Below, piece by piece: positions 37,478 to 44,474 of a DNA stretch of 64,000 bases. Source of the DNA: a virus; the IMG/VR virus record IMGVR_UViG_3300021961_000038, positions 1-64,000 of that record; one strand, given 5' to 3'. The first letter of the stretch is position 1, and the number at the start of each line of letters is the position of its first letter. The notes beneath the pieces were generated by a model. It did not search any database. It was not told the DNA's origin and was given only the letters and a program-made list of their open reading frames with translations. A program made the translations under genes and the position numbers.

Positions 37478-37695
37478 GTACACTCGATTTCTCTGAGTTG
37501 GACGCTCTGGTAAAGCGTTATGAAAAAGAAGTCAGCACAATCACAGAAGAACTGATCAATCTCTGCTATTACATGAGAGGTGGTTTACAGTTGCACGAAG
37601 CATATCACACCACACTCGAAGAAAGAAAACTAATAAGCAAGATGGTTGAAAACCACATGAAGGTTACCAAAGATAGTGGTGTTAATTTTCTCTAG
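37465..37695 (+). CDS. gp51-like baseplate assembly ORF, probably expressed as a -1 frameshift fusion with the gp26-like gene
   Basis: L.YYMRGGL...EAY....EER..I...VE motif. The -1 frame is open from the T TTT TTC heptamer (37459-37465); the only independent start is an SD-less TTG at 37498. Confidence 0.65.
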   Translation, partial: RWQVSTLDFSELDALVKRYEKEVSTITEELINLCYYMRGGLQLHEAYHTTLEERKLISKMVENHMKVTKDSGVNFL

Positions 37696-38309
37696 GAAGC
37701 GGCTTTTTTAGCGGCCTTTTGTGCTTGTTGAACAGCACGATGTTTTGCAATTTCCTGTTCCCAGCGTCTTACCTTTTCGCCACCGGTCATCTGTCCATGA
37801 ACAAAACCTGGAATTCCATCGCTGGGTGTTGGAGCAATCTTTTGTTGCAGTTTACCAATTAGGCTTTTTTCGTATTCATCCTGGCCACGTTTCATTCCTG
37901 TAACGGTACCCTTGTATGCTTGACCCACAGTTGAACCAACGGCCTTAGCACCTTTTCCTAATGCACTAGCACCCTTGGCAATGCCCGAACCCACGCCCTT
38001 GGCTACCATGCCCAAACCTTTCATGATTCCGCCCTGTCCTTGGCGTTGAGCCACCGCGGTTAGATGCGGAGCAACGTCGCGACCAGCGACGCGGCCGGTT
38101 TTAGAGTTTATCCACTGTGCACCGTGCCAAACATATGTTTGATTGTCCAAACCAACAACGTTAGTGCCCTTGGGAACGATCGGTCCCTGTGCTTTAGCCT
38201 GTTTTACACCCTGTTGATATCCTGTCTTAGCACCCTTTACAGCACCTTGAATACCCTTTTTAAGTTGTGTAAAAACACCTGCTTCATCTATAACGTCATT
38301 TATTTTCAT
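37692..38309 (-). CDS. Basic Gly/Ala/Lys-rich protein, probable internal head protein (205 aa)
   Basis: N-terminal MKINDVIDE/A resembles a short gp21-cleaved propeptide; AAGGAG SD; TAAATA 38336-38331. Confidence 0.55.
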   Translation of the reverse strand: MKINDVIDEAGVFTQLKKGIQGAVKGAKTGYQQGVKQAKAQGPIVPKGTNVVGLDNQTYVWHGAQWINSKTGRVAGRDVAPHLTAVAQRQGQGGIMKGLGMVAKGVGSGIAKGASALGKGAKAVGSTVGQAYKGTVTGMKRGQDEYEKSLIGKLQQKIAPTPSDGIPGFVHGQMTGGEKVRRWEQEIAKHRAVQQAQKAAKKAAS

Positions 38310-38361
38310 GGTTCGAACTCCTTGTGAATGTATTTAGCGTGATATATGATAATATATTGGT

Positions 38362-38446
38362 AAGTGAACTACGTTCACTTGTGTTTTCGCTATCGCTCAA
38401 ACACATTTATTCCTTATTATATGGAATTAATAATTGCGAAGCAATT
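38362..38446. repeat. Cluster of four adjacent short inverted repeats
   Basis: AAGTGAAC-tac-GTTCACTT (38362-38380), TGTGTTT/AAACACA (38380-38405), ATTCC/GGAAT (~38409-38427), AATTGC-gaa-GCAATT (38432-38446). Confidence 0.8.
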
Positions 38447-38847
38447 TAGCATCATGTAGATTGTTTCAGTCAGACGGAACCTGTTAAAGGGTTCCATCTA
38501 ATCTTGAACATCATGTGAGTTCGTCACAGCCAAGACTGGAAGTAGGTGTTTGTTTATACACAAGTTCAATGGGCTCTAACCTTTCCCAACCTACATCGAC
38601 ATCACGAAAAAATCTGCTTTACCGCTTTACCGCTTCGCGGATCGCTTCGCTACCTCCTGCTTCGTTCCTTTGCACGGAGTTTTTATGAACTATGTTGTGT
38701 TTTTCGATTGCTAACAGTCAATCTACGCTAACCAGTGAGCCCAATTCTTTTGATGGCCTATCTCCCAATGGGGGTCGATTAACGTGTACGAGTGTCCGTG
38801 TCACGGGTACCTTTTACTCAGCGGTATTACAAACTGGCCCGCCAACC
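38447..38847 (-). ncRNA. Candidate large structured ncRNA (~400-500 nt), family unassigned
   Basis: No credible ORF in a ~510-nt gap in a gene-dense genome; many local and long-range complementary segments (see findings). Strand inferred from co-orientation with the upstream gene and G-U wobble pairs. Confidence 0.65.
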
Positions 38848-39288
38848 TTATGTGTTAGTATTTTTTGCCTGCTCTTGAAGTGCCTGTCGCAATTTGTTTG
38901 ATCCGCCAACCCTACAATTAATAATTCCGTTATAATAGTCATCCGTTTCTAATACACGGCGGTCAAATTGCTCTCTTGCCTCTATGTAGGACATTTCTGC
39001 CCTTGATCTACAAAAATATAATACTTCTCTTGTGAATTTTTCTGGTCCCAATTGATTAACGTCGGCAATAAGAGCATCCGAGGATCCCCAATATTCCTGC
39101 CAATCACTTTCTTTGTGCCCGCGTCTTTTATTCTTTCTGCCTTTGAGTGGTGGTTTTGTGGTTTTAAACTTTGCTAATTTCTTGCCTATGTACTTGCGAC
39201 CAGTGGTTGTATTGGTAATTAGATACACAAACCCTTCATATTCTTCCGGAATTGTGTCGATTGATTGTCCACGATATGTCCACTGCAT
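38848..39288 (-). CDS. GIY-YIG family nuclease, T4 endonuclease II (DenA)-like
   Basis: GFVYLITN...GRKYIGKK, KESDW..YWGSS, F.RE.L, E..EQF, YYNG.I; TAAGTA-N5-ATG upstream. Confidence 0.8.
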   Translation of the reverse strand: MQWTYRGQSIDTIPEEYEGFVYLITNTTTGRKYIGKKLAKFKTTKPPLKGRKNKRRGHKESDWQEYWGSSDALIADVNQLGPEKFTREVLYFCRSRAEMSYIEAREQFDRRVLETDDYYNGIINCRVGGSNKLRQALQEQAKNTNT

Positions 39289-39306
39289 AGTGATACTTAC
39301 CGAGTA

Positions 39307-39534
39307 CTAATCTTGTGTGTCTAAATTCTGACTTTGCCTCTTTTGAGCCTTGAGATTTTTGCGTTTTTCTTGAATTTCTTTGCGTCTTACGGTAGCCAAT
39401 CTTCGAATGTCACTTAAAATTACACGAGCCTTTCTTCCTGTTTCGTCAAACCCTTTAACTTCAAATCGTTCCTGTGCATTATAGTAATCCATAACGGCTT
39501 GTACCAGTAACTCGTGTGTGCTTTTATTTGACAT
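39307..39534 (-). CDS. Small basic protein, possibly Hc1/histone-like DNA-binding
   Basis: F..KG....G.KAR..L..I..L...RRKEIQ helix pattern; overlaps the gp46 stop. Confidence 0.5.
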   Translation of the reverse strand: MSNKSTHELLVQAVMDYYNAQERFEVKGFDETGRKARVILSDIRRLATVRRKEIQEKRKNLKAQKRQSQNLDTQD

Positions 39535-41311
39535 CTTCTATTACTTCCGTATCGTTGGAATATGATGTGAATCCGTTTTCCTTTATTACTTTTAATATAT
39601 TATTAACCCTGCTTGATAATTCGTCTTTGTGTGAAATTAGATAAATGTTTTTCTGTCTTTCACGTGCCATCTTCTTAAGAACAGCAATAGAACTTTCAAC
39701 ACCAGCGGCATCCATACCACTATCAATCAATTCGTCAATAAACAACAAATTAATACTGTGATATAGGCTTTCCCAAACGTCACGGAACGTCCAACTCAAT
39801 GATAAGATGAGTCTATTTCGTTCACCTCTGCTGAGGTTATCAAAGTCTAAGTCGCGTCCTAGTTCTGTAATTTCCACAGTTAAATCGTTCTGAAACACAA
39901 CCTGATGTGGTAATCCTAGTGTTTCTAAATAGTATTTTAATCTCTTGTTTAAGAAGTAAAGGTTCTGATCAATAATACGTTTACGTATAAACGAGTCTTT
40001 TGAAGTTAATAGTTTATATAAAAACTCCTGATGTTCCTTAATCTCAGTTAAGGAGTTCATATGATCCCAGGTTACCTGTTGCAATGCTGTATTTTGAAGT
40101 TCTGTCATCTGTTCAGCATAAGGGTTAACCTCAGTTTCCTTTTCTTGTTTTCTTTCTTGTAAACTTTTTAGATTATTTTTATGATTATATGCTTCTTCGG
40201 CCGCATCATAATATGTTGTAGGCTTGCCGTTGATATCTCCAATGTCGTCAATCTTGGTTTGAACAGCCAAAGTTTCGCCAACAACACCGTCATGGTATTG
40301 TTTACTTTCGTTGTAATCGTTTTGCTTTAGTGCAAGTAGGTCTTGATGTGCTTTGTCATGTAATTCTTGACCACAAGCATAACATTTCTTTTCTTGAACC
40401 TCTTCTAAATCTTTTTCATAACGTTTTAATTGTCTTTCTGCTCTAATCAATGTGCTTTCAAGACTTGCTTTTTCTTTTTGCAAAGATGTTAGTTCGTTAT
40501 TTTTTGTATTCCATTCTTCTGCAAGTTTATGATTGTTAATTTCTTTTTCAATATCAACTTGTTCAAGTTCTGTAATAGCACGGGATAGTTTATTGATTTC
40601 ATCAATCCTTGAACTACCCCATGCTTTACTTTTAATCTCCAAGTTATCAATTGATTCTTGGACTTTCTGATTTGCAGATTCAATTGAACGAATTTTAGCA
40701 TCTTCGGCCGTGATTTCATCACGAACGACTTTCATTTGTTCTTTTAGTTTTTCTGCTTTTTCAGATAAGATGGTGATACCTAACAGTTGCTCAATAATTT
40801 CTCGTTGAGCGTTCGGATTTAAGGAAAGGAAAGGCTCCGTATATGTGTTAAGTGCCACCAAATGCTTGAACATGGTATGACTCATACCAAGTAATCTATC
40901 AATTTCTTCTTGTGTTTTACGTGAATCACCCTGTGATTCGTCGATGTCATCTGCTATTTGTTCGTTGTCTTCAATGTAAAACTTTAATAAATTCTTTTTA
41001 CGGCCTCTTTCAATTCTATAACTCTTGCCGTTAACTTGAAATTCAACAGTAACCAACATATCTTTGCCGTTGGTTTTGTTTACTAGATTGTCTTTCCTAA
41101 TTTTTGTAAGTGCTTCACCGTAAAATGCATAACTTATTGCATTAATAATTGTAGTTTTACCAGTACCGTTACGTGACCCAGCATCATCACCACCTAGATC
41201 CATGTTTTCACCTAGTACAAGTGTTAAATGATCTCTATCAAAGTCAACGGCTTGGGTAGAATTACCCACACTCATAAAGTTTTTAACTGTAATTGTTTTA
41301 ATTTTAAACAT
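39524..41311 (-). CDS. gp46: Recombination endonuclease ATPase subunit (Rad50/SbcC-like)
   Basis: KNFMSVGN, Walker A NGTGKTT, zinc hook CYACGQ, signature LSRGE, Walker B LFIDE, ISH. Confidence 0.95.
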   Translation of the reverse strand: MFKIKTITVKNFMSVGNSTQAVDFDRDHLTLVLGENMDLGGDDAGSRNGTGKTTIINAISYAFYGEALTKIRKDNLVNKTNGKDMLVTVEFQVNGKSYRIERGRKKNLLKFYIEDNEQIADDIDESQGDSRKTQEEIDRLLGMSHTMFKHLVALNTYTEPFLSLNPNAQREIIEQLLGITILSEKAEKLKEQMKVVRDEITAEDAKIRSIESANQKVQESIDNLEIKSKAWGSSRIDEINKLSRAITELEQVDIEKEINNHKLAEEWNTKNNELTSLQKEKASLESTLIRAERQLKRYEKDLEEVQEKKCYACGQELHDKAHQDLLALKQNDYNESKQYHDGVVGETLAVQTKIDDIGDINGKPTTYYDAAEEAYNHKNNLKSLQERKQEKETEVNPYAEQMTELQNTALQQVTWDHMNSLTEIKEHQEFLYKLLTSKDSFIRKRIIDQNLYFLNKRLKYYLETLGLPHQVVFQNDLTVEITELGRDLDFDNLSRGERNRLILSLSWTFRDVWESLYHSINLLFIDELIDSGMDAAGVESSIAVLKKMARERQKNIYLISHKDELSSRVNNILKVIKENGFTSYSNDTEVIEDVK

Positions 41312-42333
41312 TATAAGTTCCTATACAAGTCTAATAATAGACTGCTCTTGAAGTTTTCACTAGAAATTTTAGTAATTTGTTCAGTTACAATTTGATCAAC
41401 GCTTTCAAACTCAACATCTCCTCGATCGGTACTTAAATCACTATCTTGATTTTCTGTATCGGGTAGTAAACTAATTTCTCTTAGATTATACTGTTTAGAA
41501 AACGTTTCTTTCATAAATGTAGCCTCTTCATATGATACATCAATATCTAATACAACACGAATATACAAGTTTTTAGGACTCAGTAATGTATCTGTTTCGT
41601 GCAACAGGTTAGAAAGTTTCATAGTTCTATACTTTGGACAGTCAGGCCAATCAACAAACTGTGGTTGTCCTCCCCATTCTAGTATCATCATACCGCGTTC
41701 ATCGTCCCAAGCATCGGCGTAGTTGTGTGGAAAGGCATTGCCGATGTACCAAATATTTTTATTATTTTGTCTTTTATGGAAGTGACCACTGAATACAAGT
41801 TCTTGATTAGTAAAATCGTCCGCTTTGATTTCGCCTGTGTCAGGCATATCAACCATGGCATTCATTTTAAAGTGTGGAAGTTCAAAGTGTCCAAACATAT
41901 ATTTGCATTTCATTTTAGAAACTTTCTTCCATTCTTCACCAACCAACCAAGGAATCAATGCAACATTGTCAATTAACATTGGTTCGTTGACCACAGTGAC
42001 GCCGGGTACGTGTTTACCAAATACCACAGAATGAATTTCACGCTTGTCTTTGTAATACAAATCGTGATTGCCCGGAAAGAAATAAAACTTTTTAAAAGCC
42101 GCACCAAGTTTTTCCAGCGATCTCAAACTAGCATCCATGGTGGTTAGATTTAACGCACTTCTATTATGATGCCAATCGCCGGTGAATATACCAACATCAC
42201 AGCCATTTGCTTTTGCTTGTTCAATATACCAATCAACAAATGCTTCACAATCGTCGTTGTGAATTTTACTATTGGACTTCAAACCAAAGTGTATGTCCGT
42301 GAAAACAGCCGCTTTTTCGAATAAATTTGCCAT
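41311..42333 (-). CDS. gp47: Recombination nuclease subunit (Mre11/SbcD-like)
   Basis: TDIHFG, GDWHHNR, GNHD, GHFE, SGHFH metallophosphoesterase motifs. Confidence 0.95.
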   Translation of the reverse strand: MANLFEKAAVFTDIHFGLKSNSKIHNDDCEAFVDWYIEQAKANGCDVGIFTGDWHHNRSALNLTTMDASLRSLEKLGAAFKKFYFFPGNHDLYYKDKREIHSVVFGKHVPGVTVVNEPMLIDNVALIPWLVGEEWKKVSKMKCKYMFGHFELPHFKMNAMVDMPDTGEIKADDFTNQELVFSGHFHKRQNNKNIWYIGNAFPHNYADAWDDERGMMILEWGGQPQFVDWPDCPKYRTMKLSNLLHETDTLLSPKNLYIRVVLDIDVSYEEATFMKETFSKQYNLREISLLPDTENQDSDLSTDRGDVEFESVDQIVTEQITKISSENFKSSLLLDLYRNL

Positions 42334-42353
42334 GCCTCTCCTTATACTATAAA

Positions 42354-42383
42354 ATTATAGCACTCTTTAATTGTATTTGTCAA
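42354..42383 (-). promoter_or_regulatory. Consensus sigma70 promoter for gp47-gp46
   Basis: TTGACA (42383-42378), 18-nt spacer, TATAAT (42359-42354) preceded by extended TG. Confidence 0.8.
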
Positions 42384-42385
42384 CC

Positions 42386-43240
42386 TTAATAATCAGCCTT
42401 TGGGCGTCTCATAGTTTTATAGAACTCGGCTAATTTTTCCTTGTCCTCTTTAAAATATTCTTCATTCTGTCTTGTAAATGAAGGGTTCAAACCATTTTCC
42501 TGAAGGATGTCATCACGTATGCTTTGATTTTTCTTTTCAATGTTTAGCACACGAGTGAATGAGTTTGTAACTGCCGCCGTGTAGTAAGCAAATGGATTTT
42601 CTGATTTACTCTCATCAAATTGCAATCCAATCTGCGAAAGTTGTAGCACAGCCTGAGATCTCATTTCATCATTGTAGGTATAACCACGCCAATTGCTTCT
42701 TGTTCCATAACGATCAGCAAGTTTTAAAAACATCATACCTAGGTTTTCTGTAATTCGTCCATGTTCTTTGCTAAATGCACCATTAACCATACCGCCTTTC
42801 CAATGACTTTTACCAACACAAATTAAATTGTCCTGATCATTATATTTCCAATGTTGAAATGGTGGAAAGTTAACTTTGGTATGTTTATCTGCTACACTTT
42901 TTGTTTTACGTTTACGACCGGGTTCTTCTGGAACATGATCAAAGGTCATAACCCTAAAAATTAAATCAGTTTTTTCAATCTTTTTCCAATCCGGAGTAAC
43001 TTCTGCTAATTTTGTCTTTTTGTCGCCGGATTCTCTGGCTTGTTCATATGCTTGTTTTCCAATACGATCTGCACGATTACGCTTGGCTTGTGCAACAGTA
43101 AGTCTGTTCACCTTATCCAAACCACTTAAGATAATGTCATAAGTAGAGTAAGCATCATCAGTAAAAGAACTGAACGAATTTTTAGACTTATGTATTTCTT
43201 TGAGCAGATCTCTATTGTTAAGATACTTTACTCTTTTCAT
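42386..43240 (-). CDS. gp55: Late-transcription sigma factor, gp55 family
   Basis: YLNNRDLL, LGMMFLKLA.RY..R.NW.GYTY.DEM, FDESKSENPFAYYT....NSF.R.L..EKK. Confidence 0.9.
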   Translation of the reverse strand: MKRVKYLNNRDLLKEIHKSKNSFSSFTDDAYSTYDIILSGLDKVNRLTVAQAKRNRADRIGKQAYEQARESGDKKTKLAEVTPDWKKIEKTDLIFRVMTFDHVPEEPGRKRKTKSVADKHTKVNFPPFQHWKYNDQDNLICVGKSHWKGGMVNGAFSKEHGRITENLGMMFLKLADRYGTRSNWRGYTYNDEMRSQAVLQLSQIGLQFDESKSENPFAYYTAAVTNSFTRVLNIEKKNQSIRDDILQENGLNPSFTRQNEEYFKEDKEKLAEFYKTMRRPKADY

Positions 43241-43263
43241 ATATTTCTCCTATAATAAGTACT

Positions 43264-43298
43264 ATTATAAACTACGCAGTTAATAAATGCAATAAATA
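43264..43298. promoter_or_regulatory. Divergent control region: sigma70-type promoter for gp55 (-) overlapping a late box for the baseplate operon (+)
   Basis: Minus: TTGCAT 43292-43287, 17 nt, TATAAT 43269-43264. Plus: AATAAATA 43291-43298. Confidence 0.65.
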
Positions 43299-43324
43299 TT
43301 TGTAACAAAAGGAACCAAAAAGTT

Positions 43325-44170
43325 ATGGATAGAGAAAAAGATTTAGCCAATCGTACATTTAACGATAAAGTCCAAGCCAACCAGATTAACGGAAATGGTG
43401 ACGCAGGAACCACCATTGCTGGCACCGGAGGGAACGTTGGAGGTGCTGTAACAGGGTTCCTTGGTAATGTTGCAGGTTCGGCCATAGAAGCAACTGGATT
43501 AAGTCCAGCAATTGGTAGACTTGCAGGCCTATTAAAAGGAGGCAAACAAGAAGAAGCAGGACCTGTTATGCCTAATACTGCTTTTACCGATGATTTTAGA
43601 GTCAAAATTAAAATTCCAGTGTTATATTTGCAAGGACCAGCACAGCGTTTGCAAGAAATTGGAGATAATGCTGTTGTGTTTCCTTATACTCCACAAATAG
43701 TTTTACAATCAAGAGCAAACTATACGCCTATCCATCCTACACACAGTAATTATGCCTTCTATGCTTACCAGAACTCACAAATTGACGCTATATCAATAGT
43801 AGGAACATTTACAGCACAGAATCAAGGTGATGCAAAAACAGTTATGGGTGCCATACACGCACTTAGAACTGTAACAAAAATGCATTTTGGCTCCAGTGAC
43901 TTTGCAGGTGCTCCACCTCCTGTTTGTAGATTGCACGGTTATGGTGATTATGTTTTTAATAATATGCCTGTTGTAATTTCAAGTTTCTTTTATACCATGA
44001 ACGATGACGTAGATTATATTGCTGTTGAAATTGACGGAGCAAGTGTAATGGTTCCATCACGTTCAGAATTTACAGTTGAATGTTTACCAGCATTTTCTAG
44101 AAGAGATCAAGCAACTTGGTCCATTAATGCATTCGCCAAAGGCGGATTAAAAGGCAAAGGATTTATATAA
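43325..44170 (+). CDS. Baseplate/tail-tube initiator, gp54/gp48-like
   Basis: VVFPYTPQI, HPTHSNY.FY.YQNS, GAPPPVCRLHGYG...FNN.PVV..SF; first gene of the baseplate module. Confidence 0.65.
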   Translation: MDREKDLANRTFNDKVQANQINGNGDAGTTIAGTGGNVGGAVTGFLGNVAGSAIEATGLSPAIGRLAGLLKGGKQEEAGPVMPNTAFTDDFRVKIKIPVLYLQGPAQRLQEIGDNAVVFPYTPQIVLQSRANYTPIHPTHSNYAFYAYQNSQIDAISIVGTFTAQNQGDAKTVMGAIHALRTVTKMHFGSSDFAGAPPPVCRLHGYGDYVFNNMPVVISSFFYTMNDDVDYIAVEIDGASVMVPSRSEFTVECLPAFSRRDQATWSINAFAKGGLKGKGFI

Positions 44171-44171
44171 A

Positions 44172-44474
44172 ATGGCTCTCTATTCTAAAACAAGTTTATA
44201 TTCAACAACACTACAAAGAAACAGTGCCCTGGGTGTGCTAGATTATATTGAAATACCTAAAAAGGACACAGATGTTGCATATACTATTTTACCTCAATAT
44301 AATTACAGACCAGATCTGTTAGCAAGTGACTTGTATGATGATCCTAATCTATGGTGGGTGTTTAAAAATCGAAATCCATCGGAGATAGATGATCCTATTT
44401 TTGATTTTGTTGCAGGTACAGTTATCAGGATTCCAACAATCGACGCAATTAGACAAGTAGTCGGAGGAGCATAA
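44172..44474 (+). CDS. gp53: Baseplate wedge subunit, gp53-like (LysM-like)
   Basis: YRPDLLASDLYDDPNLWWVF..RN....DPIFDF..G..IRIP. Confidence 0.8.
   Translation: MALYSKTSLYSTTLQRNSALGVLDYIEIPKKDTDVAYTILPQYNYRPDLLASDLYDDPNLWWVFKNRNPSEIDDPIFDFVAGTVIRIPTIDAIRQVVGGA

Noticed and set aside
38340-38850. tRNA, tmRNA, RNase P RNA, group I/II intron or CRISPR array as the identity of the non-coding region
   Set aside because: No cloverleaf or T-loop/CCA end, no GAGGAAAGUCC RNase P motif, no recognisable P7 or domain V, no interrupted host gene, and no regularly spaced repeats. Other Rfam families cannot be excluded without a search.
38546-38901. Two short plus-strand ORFs (61 and 69 aa) inside the structured non-coding region
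   Set aside because: Non-ATG starts, atypical composition and no SD; the region is better explained by base-pairing constraints.
38848-39288. Mobile homing endonuclease (Seg/intron-encoded)
   Set aside because: Short single-domain DenA-like protein with no NUMOD DNA-binding tail and no interrupted gene; more likely a resident nuclease.
39524-43240. Inteins or introns in gp46, gp47, gp55 (also portal and capsid genes)
   Set aside because: Lengths and motif spacing are ordinary, and no intein C-terminal HN-[C/S/T] block or LAGLIDADG motif was seen.
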